From positions 148,345 through 212,344 of the forward strand of contig CP129470.1 of assembly GCA_030583685.1 (NCBI GenBank): a DNA stretch of 64,000 nucleotides, read 5' to 3'. How positions within the stretch are numbered: position 1 is the first letter of the stretch; each line of letters opens with the position of its first letter. The notes below the pieces were generated by a model, which did no database searches, was not told the origin of the DNA, and saw nothing but the letters and a program-made list of their open reading frames with translations. This stretch comes from Candidatus Dojkabacteria bacterium. GTDB taxonomy: Bacteria > Patescibacteriota > Dojkabacteria > GCA-002793355. The position numbers and the translations under genes were made by a program. Of the stretch, positions 1 to 9,462 are shown piece by piece.

Positions 1-150
1 AATTATTGAAGAAATGAACGATTGACCTTGCTCAATAACAGTCATACCTTCCGTTAACACCCATCCAAATTCGACGACTTCGGTAATCGTCATAACGTCA
101 TACCATCCTGTGGTTGTTTCTGTATCAAAAAAGAGAAGTCTATCTTTCAT
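1..150 (-). CDS. DnaQ-like 3'-5' exonuclease, N-terminal fragment; the gene continues beyond the window start
   Basis: Minus-strand ATG at 150 reads MKDRLLFFDTETTTGWYDVMTITEVVEFGW, which carries the Exo I motif (FDTETTG) of DEDD/DnaQ exonucleases. The ORF is open to position 1. Confidence 0.5.
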   Translation of the reverse strand, partial: MKDRLLFFDTETTTGWYDVMTITEVVEFGWVLTEGMTVIEQGQSFISSII

Positions 151-223
151 TATGAGAGAGCTACAACAAATAATCCGATCACATTTATCATTCAAATCTA
201 TAACGCTTCAAAGCTATTACCTC

Positions 224-307
224 TGCCGAGGGCGGGAGTCGAACCCGCACACGATTGCTCGTACTAGCTCCTGAAGCTAGCGCGTCTGCCAATTCCGCCA
301 CCCCGGC
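224..307 (-). tRNA. tRNA-Leu (anticodon CAG), class II with long variable arm
   Basis: Reverse complement reads GCCGGGG TG GCGG..CGC G CTAGC TTCAGGA GCTAG, then a long variable arm, then GCGGG TTCGACT CCCGC CCTCGGC A. The acceptor stem has 7 bp, the T-loop is TTCGA-type and the anticodon loop is T-T-CAG-G-A. Confidence 0.85.
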
Positions 308-1977
308 AATAGTTTCCACAAATGAATATCAGTGTAGCGATCTCTCGGCTCAGAGATAGACTGTGGCAAACGTCGATCAATTATATCAAATGATGCCTCA
401 AAATACGATGGATGATACAGAAATACTGCTACTGCATCCCGAACTAAAACCTCTTGAAACTGTTTATAAATTTCAATTCTCCCAAGACGATTCGTCTGCA
501 ATCTGCCTTTTTCAAGGAGTTCATCAACCTTTGGAGACATCTGACCACTCAAGTTCAATCCTGGGAACGTTGATTGCGTTGAATGCCATAATCCATATTG
601 ATCAGGATCCAGCCCCGTATGGATTTCCAAAAAGAGCAGTTCAAACTCTTTTTGTGGTAAAACATTTTGCAAGAGAGATTCGCTCTCGATTCCCTTTAAA
701 ATAACGTTTATACCAACTCTTGCTAGTTGCTTCCGTATTTCCAAGGCAATCTCGCGAGAAATTTCGCTGTCAAGAAACGTCATCGTGACCTGTAGCTCCG
801 AATCACTTTTGACCCGATAGGGTGCACCTGAATAAGGATACTTCCATCCCTCTTTTTCAAGTAACGCGCCAGCCTCACTCACTGAGTGTCTATGAATTGC
901 TTCAACCGTGGAGGAATACACATAAGAATTTGTTCCGTATGGTCCATACGCCTCCTGAGAACCAGGAACCAAACTCATGATATATTCCCGATTCACTGCT
1001 TTTGCGATGGCATGACGAATATACTCATTTTTTCCAATTTTTCCTTCCTGCACATTAAAGAGAAGAACCCTCGTGTTGTTCGATTGTACCGATTGCTGTA
1101 TCAAAATCCGTTGCGAGACATTACTCATTTGTTCTAATTCGTCCAGTTCAGTCGTTGAAATTGGCGTAATCGTATGGACTTTCCCAGAAAGAAATGCGGT
1201 TCGCGCAAGTTTATATGACGGAAATGTACTTACCTGAATAGTACGAATTTCAGGAGCACCTTTAAAGTACTGTCTGTTTGCATTAAATAACAATACAGAG
1301 CCTTCTTTTCTAACAAAACGATATGGTCCAGTCCCAACAAGAGGGAGTGAATCTCCTAACTCAAGTGCTCGAGAAAAAGTAATACCACCATAAATATGAT
1401 CAGGCAAAATCGGTGTCGCAAGTAACTCGAGAAAGGCCGCGTTTACTTGCTTTAAGGTAAAAGTTACCTCATACAATCCTCGAACTCCGACCTCAACATC
1501 ATTTGCAATTTCTCCAAGTACCGTCTCCGATGCACCCGATTGCAAAAGCGCAAATGTTGTTGCGACATCTTTTGCGGTAAATTCAACTGAATCATGCCAT
1601 TGAACGCCACGCTTGAGATAAAAGGTATACTCACGCCCATCTGGAGATATACTCCAGGTTTCCGCAAGTTCAGGAAAAATATTCCCGGATTCATCTGCAA
1701 AAATCAAGCCATTGAACAACAGCTTTCCAACAAAGATTTCTGCATCTGTTGCACCAACTCGCAGGGGGTTTGGTGTATCGTAGGTGCTAACAAACCCATA
1801 CCGCAATTGTCCATCAAACATCGTTCGAGTAATTCGAGATTGAACCTGCCACGAAAGGAGCAAGTATGCAAGTACGCCGACGAGCACTCCAAAAATAATC
1901 AAAAAGAATCGTTCGAATCGATGATATATTCCTAATACCCACCAAGGGTACTGCCACAGTATGTCTCGAAGAGACAT
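277..1977 (-). CDS. ABC transporter substrate-binding protein, family 5 (peptide/nickel OppA/DppA-like), N-terminal membrane anchor
   Basis: 566 aa with an N-terminal TM helix followed by the full family-5 solute-binding fold (blocks GATDAEIF, FNGLIF, PELAETW, YTFYLKRGVQWHD). The 3' end runs into the tRNA-Leu sequence. Confidence 0.8.
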   Translation of the reverse strand: MSLRDILWQYPWWVLGIYHRFERFFLIIFGVLVGVLAYLLLSWQVQSRITRTMFDGQLRYGFVSTYDTPNPLRVGATDAEIFVGKLLFNGLIFADESGNIFPELAETWSISPDGREYTFYLKRGVQWHDSVEFTAKDVATTFALLQSGASETVLGEIANDVEVGVRGLYEVTFTLKQVNAAFLELLATPILPDHIYGGITFSRALELGDSLPLVGTGPYRFVRKEGSVLLFNANRQYFKGAPEIRTIQVSTFPSYKLARTAFLSGKVHTITPISTTELDELEQMSNVSQRILIQQSVQSNNTRVLLFNVQEGKIGKNEYIRHAIAKAVNREYIMSLVPGSQEAYGPYGTNSYVYSSTVEAIHRHSVSEAGALLEKEGWKYPYSGAPYRVKSDSELQVTMTFLDSEISREIALEIRKQLARVGINVILKGIESESLLQNVLPQKEFELLFLEIHTGLDPDQYGLWHSTQSTFPGLNLSGQMSPKVDELLEKGRLQTNRLGRIEIYKQFQEVLVRDAVAVFLYHPSYFEASFDIIDRRLPQSISEPRDRYTDIHLWKLLPGWRNWQTR

Positions 1978-1980
1978 ACG

Positions 1981-2205
1981 CTAATTAATCACTTTAATAT
2001 CTAAGTACACGAGAACCATCAAGATAAGAACGATAATGAATGTTGCAAAGAAGAGGATTCTATCGAGTCCTTTTCTCAGCTTAAAAACATCGCCACCTCC
2101 TCCAAAGAAGCTTGATCCTTGTTCACTACGATTCTGCAAAATTATCACGATCACACCTAAAATACCAAACACGATTTGCAGTATACTCACCAGTTGTTGC
2201 GTCAT
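1981..2205 (-). CDS. secG: preprotein translocase subunit SecG
   Basis: 74 aa with two TM segments flanking a Gly-rich loop (ILQNRSEQGSSFFGGGG), typical of SecG (LLQ..GKG..G.FGGG). Its stop abuts the next gene. Confidence 0.6.
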   Translation of the reverse strand: MTQQLVSILQIVFGILGVIVIILQNRSEQGSSFFGGGGDVFKLRKGLDRILFFATFIIVLILMVLVYLDIKVIN

Positions 2206-2615
2206 TTTTCACTTTGTAACCAATTTATCACTTGTGTCACTGTTCCCATAAAAAGCGAAACTACCCCAATTGTACCAAATTCCGCGAGAACTTTCATAAG
2301 CGGTGTGTCACGTAGCTGTAACACCACGCCTGGGTGTAATTGGGTAATCGTTACTCCAGCAATAACACCGTCGCTTAAGAGAAATAGCCCAAAGAGGAGG
2401 AGTGAATGCAATAAAATCTGAATGACGAGAAACTTCGGAAGTAGGAAAAAAATGCGCACTTTTTGCGACAGAAAATCTGTTGCCAAATAAAGCAGAATAA
2501 ATATGGTGACATATCCAAACGAGCGAGAGAGAACAAAACCACCAAGCAAATACAAAGTACTCCAAAGAATCAAAAGTCCGATAGCTATTTTTAGAAAAAA
2601 AAGTTTTGTATTCAT
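2202..2615 (-). CDS. hypothetical polytopic membrane protein
   Basis: 137 aa, very hydrophobic, 4-nt overlap with the secG start. The alternative overlapping frame (2308..2664) looks like noise. Confidence 0.35.
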   Translation of the reverse strand: MNTKLFFLKIAIGLLILWSTLYLLGGFVLSRSFGYVTIFILLYLATDFLSQKVRIFFLLPKFLVIQILLHSLLLFGLFLLSDGVIAGVTITQLHPGVVLQLRDTPLMKVLAEFGTIGVVSLFMGTVTQVINWLQSEK

Positions 2616-2731
2616 AGCAATTTGTATTTGCTAGTGTACGCTTTTTGCCCGACAGACGCAACAACCAGAAGCGAGAGTGGAGTGCTTCTCAATTACTAGC
2701 AATTTCCTGTATAATTCAGCTACGGTACAGA

Positions 2732-2803
2732 GGTGACGTAGCCAAGTGGTAAGGCCGCGGTCTGCAAAACCGCTATTCGCGGGTTCGATTCCCGCCGTCA
2801 CCT
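2732..2803 (+). tRNA. tRNA-Cys (anticodon GCA)
   Basis: GGTGACG TA GCC AAGTGGTAA GGC C GCGGT CTGCAAA ACCGC TATT CGCGG GTTCGATT CCCGC CGTCACC T. The D-stem has 3 bp and the discriminator is U73, both typical of tRNA-Cys. TATAAT lies at 2710-2715, just upstream. Confidence 0.85.
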
Positions 2804-2827
2804 TTTTCTCGCAAAGAAGTATCTCCT

Positions 2828-4084
2828 ATGCTACACTCACGAATGAAAAGAATTGTTGGCTTTCTTCTTGATTTGCTATTTTTTTGGTCATTTGTCTTTC
2901 TTGTCGGAATTCTAGGACTCTTTGTCATATATGGAATCGAAAAAGACATTTCACTCATTAATGTTTATCTGCAATCACATCTCAAGACAACACTTTTGAT
3001 CGGATACTCGGTTTTTGTTATTCTCTACCTGAAGTACTACTGGATCCTCCCAGTAATATTGAAACAAACGGTAGGGCAGCGTTTAGCAGGGAACTCATTC
3101 GAGTCGGAGAAAAAGGTAAACCTCTGGAGAGTTTTTCTAAAAACCGTTATCGGACGTTTTTGGGACTTTTTGTTCTTCCCTTACGCGCTGTATTGCGGAC
3201 TCAAAAAACGCCCAATTATCAGTACTCGGCTTTCTGGAATTACCGTTACCACAAACCCTCTTAAGAACACACCACTGACATACTTACTGGTCGTCTTCTT
3301 TTCTCTCGTTCTCGTCGGCGCGCTCGGGGTTGGAACATATGTGTATCGAACAGGATACGTCTCGATACTTGAAAGATTTACCGATTATGAGAAACAAACA
3401 GAAACGCTTACGGCAAATCTTGCATACCAAGATGCCACCTATGCACTTGAAAAATATAAACAGTATCACGGAGAAGATCAAACCTATGCCTATTATCATT
3501 GTATTATTGAAGCAAACCTAGCAGCAGACACCACGGCGAAAGAGATTTGTACAACAGCGCGAGAAGCCAATAATGGTGATGACGCGCGAGTCAAAGCAAT
3601 AACTATTGAACTTGCGAAGGTTTATGCCGCGCTCTATGATCTCTCCCATGCAGAAATACTCTATAAGGAACTCTGGGATACGTACCAATACAGAGAGCTT
3701 GATATGAAAAATTATGTGGTCGTTCTTTCAGAATTAGCGAAACACAAAGAAGCAGAGGAGGTGCTGACAACGCTTGTCGCAAAAATTCCTGAAGGCGATT
3801 TTGTTGAAATGAGGGATTTTGGGCACTTATTTGAAAGACTGAATAAAGATTCTCTCGCACTTGAACAATACCTTCGTGCCTTAGCTCTTGTGGAGAACGG
3901 CAACAACGAATCATTTGAGGGCGAACTTCACTACTATATCGGTGTCATTTTTTATAAACAGACAAAATACGAGGATGCGAAAAAATCCTTCGAACAGGCC
4001 AAATCGCTAAACAAAGACTTCGCAGAACCGGCAGAATCGTATATAATACTGATTAAGGATCTTAAAAACAGTATAACCACATAA
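2828..4084 (+). CDS. RDD-family membrane protein fused to C-terminal TPR repeats
   Basis: N-terminal polytopic region carries RDD-family blocks (RIVGFLLDLLFF, GQRLAGN, RLSGITVT). The C-terminal ~200 aa hold TPR-like repeats (YYIGVIFYKQTKYEDAKKSFEQAKSLNKDFAEP). Confidence 0.55.
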   Translation: MLHSRMKRIVGFLLDLLFFWSFVFLVGILGLFVIYGIEKDISLINVYLQSHLKTTLLIGYSVFVILYLKYYWILPVILKQTVGQRLAGNSFESEKKVNLWRVFLKTVIGRFWDFLFFPYALYCGLKKRPIISTRLSGITVTTNPLKNTPLTYLLVVFFSLVLVGALGVGTYVYRTGYVSILERFTDYEKQTETLTANLAYQDATYALEKYKQYHGEDQTYAYYHCIIEANLAADTTAKEICTTAREANNGDDARVKAITIELAKVYAALYDLSHAEILYKELWDTYQYRELDMKNYVVVLSELAKHKEAEEVLTTLVAKIPEGDFVEMRDFGHLFERLNKDSLALEQYLRALALVENGNNESFEGELHYYIGVIFYKQTKYEDAKKSFEQAKSLNKDFAEPAESYIILIKDLKNSITT

Positions 4085-4089
4085 AAAAA

Positions 4090-4171
4090 GCCGGGGTGGT
4101 GGAATGGCAGACACGGGGGACTTAAAATCCCCTTCCCAAAAGGAGTGAGGGTTCGACTCCCTCCCTCGGCA
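4090..4171 (+). tRNA. tRNA-Leu (anticodon UAA), class II
   Basis: GCCGGGG TG GTGG..CAC G GGGGA CTTAAAA TCCCC, then a long variable arm, then GAGGG TTCGACT CCCTC CCTCGGC A. The acceptor stem matches the other tRNA-Leu. Confidence 0.85.
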
Positions 4172-4287
4172 GAGAATTCAATCAGAGTCGCAATCAATTA
4201 CAGTCACAGAAACGACTACTTTCTCCTTGTATTCGCACCCCTTTTCAAATGTGATATTATTGATTACTTAACTGATTTTCATGGACT

Positions 4288-4821
4288 ATGCCAACGGCAA
4301 AAACTAACACGACTCCCCCAAAAAAGGCGAGGACCGCAACTTCACCCACCTCATCTCACATCACAAAAAAACTTACCAAGTCCTCACACGACAAAGTACT
4401 GTTTGGTGTCTGTGGAGGGCTTGCGGAATATCTTATGATTGACGCAGTCATCATTAGAATCCTTTTCGTCATCCTTGCAGTAACAGGATCTGGCGTGATT
4501 ATATATCTGGCTCTTGCACTAATACTCCCTGAGGAAACCAGCGTTGCAAAATCTGCGAAGGAAGTTGTAGAAGAGAATGGGAAAAGTATGGAAGAGAAAA
4601 TTGAGCAAATGGCTGCAAATGTAGAAGAAATTGCCAAAAAGAGAAATACTCAAACCTGGATTGGTGTTCTTGTCATTATTCTTGGCGCAATGCTTTTGAT
4701 GAATAACCTTGGATTCTTCGACTTTGGAAGAATCATTCGATTGTTTTTTGAATCTCTCTGGCCACTCTTTGTCATCGCAGTCGGTTTACTGATTTTAACT
4801 CGAAGCAAAAATGACCGCTAA
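4288..4821 (+). CDS. PspC-domain membrane protein (phage-shock protein C family)
   Basis: Contains LFGVCGGLAEYLMIDAVIIRILFVILAV, the canonical PspC domain signature. The N-terminal tail is disordered and Thr/Pro/Lys-rich. Confidence 0.7.
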   Translation: MPTAKTNTTPPKKARTATSPTSSHITKKLTKSSHDKVLFGVCGGLAEYLMIDAVIIRILFVILAVTGSGVIIYLALALILPEETSVAKSAKEVVEENGKSMEEKIEQMAANVEEIAKKRNTQTWIGVLVIILGAMLLMNNLGFFDFGRIIRLFFESLWPLFVIAVGLLILTRSKNDR

Positions 4822-5752
4822 GCAATACGATACTATCTCGTTCGGATTATTGGTCATATTTGTTGGTGTAACCGCCTTTCTTGTCACGTCAGGCTATCTT
4901 GAAGCACTCACCATATTCTCAATAATTACTCTTATTTGGCCAGCACTACTTATTTTTGCGGGGTTGAAAATACTCTTGGAGGCACGATTTGGAAAGGGTA
5001 TGGTAGGCGTCCTCTTCGATATTCTCACGTATCTCATTCTCCTCGCCGTATTCCTTTTCGGAAAGGCATGGTTATTGCCGTCGTATCAAAATCCAGCATA
5101 TGAACAGGTTGAGAGAGAGATTTCTGAAGATCAGTATCCAACGGTTACCTCAAAGGTAGTTGCTCTCACCTTTGGAGCAGCAGAACTGACTGTTCGAGAT
5201 GTTTCTGGTCCGTCTCTGTTTAAGATTTCTGGTCCAGAAGGATTCACGGTGAATACTTCAGAAGAAAATGACGTATTATCAATCTCCGCTTCAAACGAAC
5301 AAAAAAAAGGCTTCTTGCGCTTTGCGCAGTGGGGTGTCCCCGTTCGATATTCCGTCGATGTAGGTAAAACATCGATTCCAACAACGTTGTCACTCAATCT
5401 CGGGGCAAGCAAGTCTAATCTTTTCTTCGATAAGACAAACTTCACAGAATTGACTGCAAACGTCGGAGCAGGTGATGCTGACATTACGCTGTCTCGAACT
5501 TCTCTGCCTAAACACATAGACATAAAAGTCGGAGCAGGTAAAACTGTCCTCACCCTGATTGGAACAGACGCAATCAAAGTTGACTATTCCGTAGGAGCAG
5601 GTTCGCTTACAATCACCAATACACAGACACAAGAAACAAAAAATTTTGGAGGAATTGGGACCAATGGCTCTGTTGAAACATCGGCAACACCACTGGTAAC
5701 CATAGACGTTAGCGTTGGAGCAGGAGCTGTAGAAATTCGATTACAACCCTAA
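4811..5752 (+). CDS. LiaF/DUF4097-like membrane protein with repeated beta-strand (VGAG) modules
   Basis: N-terminal TM helices are followed by four repeats of the form (V/I)GAG..(D/K/S)(I/L)T(L/I). The start overlaps the pspC-like gene by 11 nt, and PspC/LiaF-like pairs are a common envelope-stress module. Confidence 0.5.
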   Translation: MTAKQYDTISFGLLVIFVGVTAFLVTSGYLEALTIFSIITLIWPALLIFAGLKILLEARFGKGMVGVLFDILTYLILLAVFLFGKAWLLPSYQNPAYEQVEREISEDQYPTVTSKVVALTFGAAELTVRDVSGPSLFKISGPEGFTVNTSEENDVLSISASNEQKKGFLRFAQWGVPVRYSVDVGKTSIPTTLSLNLGASKSNLFFDKTNFTELTANVGAGDADITLSRTSLPKHIDIKVGAGKTVLTLIGTDAIKVDYSVGAGSLTITNTQTQETKNFGGIGTNGSVETSATPLVTIDVSVGAGAVEIRLQP

Positions 5753-5759
5753 TACGTCA

Positions 5760-8204
5760 TTATTTCGAAACGGAAACTTTCTTCCCATCGTAGGAAATCG
5801 TAACAGATGTTCCTGCTGCAATTTCTCCTTTCAGTACGAGTACCGCAAGCTCATTTTCGACGTACTTTTGAATAACCCGCTTAATAGGTCGAGCTCCAAA
5901 TTCGGGTTCAAAACCTTGCTCAGCAACGTATTCTACGAGCGATTCGTCAAATGTTGCCGTTATCGCTTGAGCCTCCAGGAGTCGTTTTACACGATCAAGC
6001 TGAAGTAATACAATTTGCCGCACTTGTTCCTTTTCGAGAGGTCTGAATATAATTGTTTCATCAATACGATTGAGAAATTCCGGTCGAAAGTGCTGTTGCA
6101 ACAGATTTTTCACCTCATTCGTTACAGATTTCCAATCATCTTTTTTCCTAATTTCTCTTCGAACATAATCAAGCAATACCAGAGCACCAACATTACTTGT
6201 CGCAATGATAATCGTATTTTTAAAATCTACAGTACGCCCCTTGGCATCCGTTAATCGTCCATCATCTAATACTTGAAGCAGAACATTCAGAACATCTCCA
6301 TGTGCCTTTTCTATTTCATCCAACAACACAAGAGAATAGGGTTGTCGACGAACTTTTTCTGTTAACTGTCCACCCTCTTCAAAGCCGATGTATCCAGGAG
6401 GTGAACCAATTAATTTCGAGACGCTGTGAGATTCCATGAACTCAGACATATCTAATCGAATAACCGCCTCTTCATCGCCAAATATGTACTCCGCAAGCGC
6501 CTTCGCTAACTCGGTTTTACCGACGCCAGTTGGACCTAAAAAGAGGAAAGAGGCCATTGGACGCTTTGGATCCGTCAATCCCACGCGACCTCTTCGAATT
6601 GCCTCTGCAACAGCACTCACAGCTTCATCTTGAGCAACGACGCGTTGATGGAGTAACTGTTCAAGTTGTAACAATCTTGATTTTTCTTCTTCTTGTAATT
6701 GAGAGAGAGGAATTCCAGTCATTTTCGAAACGACACGCGCAATGACTTCAGGAGTAACAACGGGAGTTCCTCTTGATTTCTTCTTTTCCCATTCTTCGGC
6801 AAAAGGCGTTAATTTCTCTTTTAATTCTTCTACTTGCTGTTTAACTTGCGATGCTTCTTCAAATTTTTGTGCGCGCGTTAGGGCCTCGCGTTCTTTTTCG
6901 AGCGATTTCACACTGTTCTTTAAATCTCGTAACTCCTGTGGTTCGTACTGTGACTCAATCTTCATCATACTACATGCTTCATCAAGAATATCAAACGCCT
7001 TATCAGGTAAAAATCGGTCCTTAATATAACGGTCAGAATATTGAGCCGCAGCCTCGATTGCAGATTCTTCAATGGTAACTTTATGAAATGCCTCATACCG
7101 ATCTCTCACTCCTTTGAGTATTCCAATTGTCGCTGGAACTGTCGGTTCTTCAACCAAAATGGGTTGAAATCTTCGCTCGAGCGCAGCGTCTTTCTCAATG
7201 TATTTTTTATACTCTGATAATGTCGTAGCACCAATGATTTGAAATTCTCCCCTTGCCATGGCAGGCTTCAACATATTCGCCAAATCCATTTGTCCTTCTT
7301 GCGCACCAGAGCCAACAACTGTATGCAACTCGTCAATAAAGAGAATAACCCTTCCTTCCGCTTTCTGAAGCTCATCGAGAATTTTCTTTGCTCTTTCTTC
7401 GAATTCTCCTCGAAACTTTGAACCAGCAATCATTGCGCCAAGGTCAAGCTCCTTAACTTCTTTGTTTTTTAATTCGTCAGGCACATCTCCAGAGACAATT
7501 CGTTGTGCTAACCCTTCCGCGATTGCAGTTTTTCCAACACCAGGTTCACCAATCAATACCGGATTATTCTTTCTGCGTCGAATCAAGATCTGCAACAAAC
7601 GAGTAATTTCGTCATTTCTTCCGACAACAGGATCAACCGCACCTTTTTTTGCAAGTGCACTGAGATTCCGGGAATATTTGTCGAGTGTTGGTGTTTGCGT
7701 AACTTGAGCAGCTCCTTCGCCAGCTTCATCACCTTTACCGACGATTTTCAATACTGCCTGACGAGCAGTAACCATAGTAACACCATATTTTTGGAGTGTT
7801 CTTGCGCCAAATCCATCTTGTTCTCGTAAAATTCCTAATAGAAGATGTTCTGGACCAACATACGAATGTCCCAATTCAATTGATTCTTGAAATGCTAACT
7901 GCAGCGCCTGCTTCATACGTGGGGAAAGATCGAGATCACGCTCCGAATAACTTGATCTAACCTGTGGTTTGTTTTCTTCTAAGTACGCCTGTAATAAAGG
8001 TACTGCTACGCCTAACTCCTTTAAAATTCTCACCACAACATCGTCGCCAAGAATCTCCAACAGCAAATCTTCTGTATCAACAAACGAGGCGCCTGTACTC
8101 CGAGAAGCCTCAATCGTCCGTGCAAGCAGATCTTTTGCTCGTTGTGAAAAATAAGAAAGAATATCTATTCGTTCTTCGTTATTATTCATACGCAAGTATA
8201 CCAC
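5760..8204 (-). CDS. clpC: ATP-dependent Clp protease ATP-binding subunit ClpC (Hsp100 family, two AAA+ modules)
   Basis: 814 aa. Doubled Clp_N repeat at the N-terminus. D1 carries Walker A GEPGVGKT and Walker B FIDELH. A short middle domain precedes D2, which carries [18 protein letters not shown], the sensor ATSN and GARPIKR. Confidence 0.85.
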   Translation of the reverse strand: MVYLRMNNNEERIDILSYFSQRAKDLLARTIEASRSTGASFVDTEDLLLEILGDDVVVRILKELGVAVPLLQAYLEENKPQVRSSYSERDLDLSPRMKQALQLAFQESIELGHSYVGPEHLLLGILREQDGFGARTLQKYGVTMVTARQAVLKIVGKGDEAGEGAAQVTQTPTLDKYSRNLSALAKKGAVDPVVGRNDEITRLLQILIRRRKNNPVLIGEPGVGKTAIAEGLAQRIVSGDVPDELKNKEVKELDLGAMIAGSKFRGEFEERAKKILDELQKAEGRVILFIDELHTVVGSGAQEGQMDLANMLKPAMARGEFQIIGATTLSEYKKYIEKDAALERRFQPILVEEPTVPATIGILKGVRDRYEAFHKVTIEESAIEAAAQYSDRYIKDRFLPDKAFDILDEACSMMKIESQYEPQELRDLKNSVKSLEKEREALTRAQKFEEASQVKQQVEELKEKLTPFAEEWEKKKSRGTPVVTPEVIARVVSKMTGIPLSQLQEEEKSRLLQLEQLLHQRVVAQDEAVSAVAEAIRRGRVGLTDPKRPMASFLFLGPTGVGKTELAKALAEYIFGDEEAVIRLDMSEFMESHSVSKLIGSPPGYIGFEEGGQLTEKVRRQPYSLVLLDEIEKAHGDVLNVLLQVLDDGRLTDAKGRTVDFKNTIIIATSNVGALVLLDYVRREIRKKDDWKSVTNEVKNLLQQHFRPEFLNRIDETIIFRPLEKEQVRQIVLLQLDRVKRLLEAQAITATFDESLVEYVAEQGFEPEFGARPIKRVIQKYVENELAVLVLKGEIAAGTSVTISYDGKKVSVSK

Positions 8205-8221
8205 AACCTAGCAGTCCCAGT

Positions 8222-9425
8222 CTAGACTGCCAATTTTGCAATTTCCTTTGCGAGCAACCTATCTGCCTCAGCGGAAAACAGTGACTTTCTCTCCGTATCA
8301 GCCTGTGCCTTCTGCAGTGCATCAGAAAGAACTTCATAGAGTACTTCCGAAGTGCAACGATCTTGATCGATTATGTCTGCTTTTCCACGAGCTTTTAAAA
8401 TCATGGCATTGGTGTATTGTTCATTCTTCGTCACCCAGGGAATAGGTACAAACACGGCAAATAAGCCATTGAGACCAACTTGGTAAACGGTATTCGCACC
8501 ACTTCTTCCAAGAAAAAGGGTTGCTTTCTTCATTAAAAATCCAAATTCTTCGTACACGAATTTCCTGATAATCAATTTTTGACTTAGCTCAGCTGGAAGT
8601 GCTTTCAAATATTCTGTGAACTTTGCGTAATCATTATAGTATTCATTCTCTCCAACTTGAATAACCACAATCATATGTTGAAGTAGTTTATTCAAAATAG
8701 GTCGTATTTGCTCATTTAAAAAATGGGAGCCTTGGCTGCCTCCACTCATCAGAAGAATAGGGGAGGTGTTCTTCTGATCTTCTAGCCATTTGAGTTTTTC
8801 CAAATATTCCGTTTCATCTAACAAGCGGCTTTTTTCCTTCTTCAAGTAACCAAGCAAGTGTTCATAATCAGAGATACTGTAAATATGCTTCATGGTAGGA
8901 CTCCCGAGTACCAACGCTTTTTTTCGAAAGTAGGGGAGAGAAGATTCATACGTCAAGACAATGACATCTGCCCAATACTGTAATATTTTATTTGTTAATC
9001 CTATACTGCTGGTTTGTTCGTGTATGACAATTTTTGCACCCAGAAGTTTTCCAACGATGACCAAGGGAAAGCGAAACATACCCACCAAATGCGACAACGA
9101 CTGAGGGTTTCAACTCTCGCAATAATTTCCAAGCATCCCAGAAACCTACAACAATTCGAGCCAATAGTTTCAGAGAATTAACACTTATTGTTCGTTGCAC
9201 TTTTCCCATTCGAATTTTCCTAAAGGGAATGCCAAGTCTATTACAGATTCTCTCTTCCATCGGCAATTGACGAATTTCTCCTTCCATGGTGAGCGTACTC
9301 CCCACAAACACAAGATCCTTTGAGAGTGTCGGAAAATCTGATTGAAAGGCTTTAAGTGTTGCAATAGCAGCAAAGACATGTCCGCCTGATCCAGCTGCAG
9401 CAAAAACAATTGATGATTTCGGCAT
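8222..9425 (-). pseudogene. murG: murG (UDP-GlcNAc--Mur-pentapeptide-PP-undecaprenol GlcNAc transferase) split by a +1/-1 frameshift near 9072
   Basis: The N-terminal frame (9425 to 8988) gives MPKSSIVFAAAGSGGHVFAAIA...FGGYVS, the MurG N-domain motif. The C-terminal frame (9097 to 8222) continues FPLVIVGKLLGAKIVIHEQTSSIGLTNKIL...GGSQGS. The homologous read switches frame at GTTTCG-C-TTTCCC. Confidence 0.6.
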
Positions 9426-9462
9426 CGTTTCAATTGTACCACAAGATATGCTAGGATAGTGC

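Noticed and set aside
2308-2664. 118-aa ORF in an alternative frame overlapping the 2202..2615 membrane protein
   Set aside because: It has noise-like composition, whereas the other frame encodes clean TM helices. Only one can be real.
3952-4438. ORFs 3952..4197 (-) and 4145..4438 (+) overlapping tRNA-Leu(UAA)
   Set aside because: They run through a well-folded tRNA gene. They have no protein-like composition and no homology signal. Spurious.
6015-8154. Multiple 60-100-aa plus-strand ORFs inside clpC
   Set aside because: They are embedded antisense in a strongly supported 814-aa gene.
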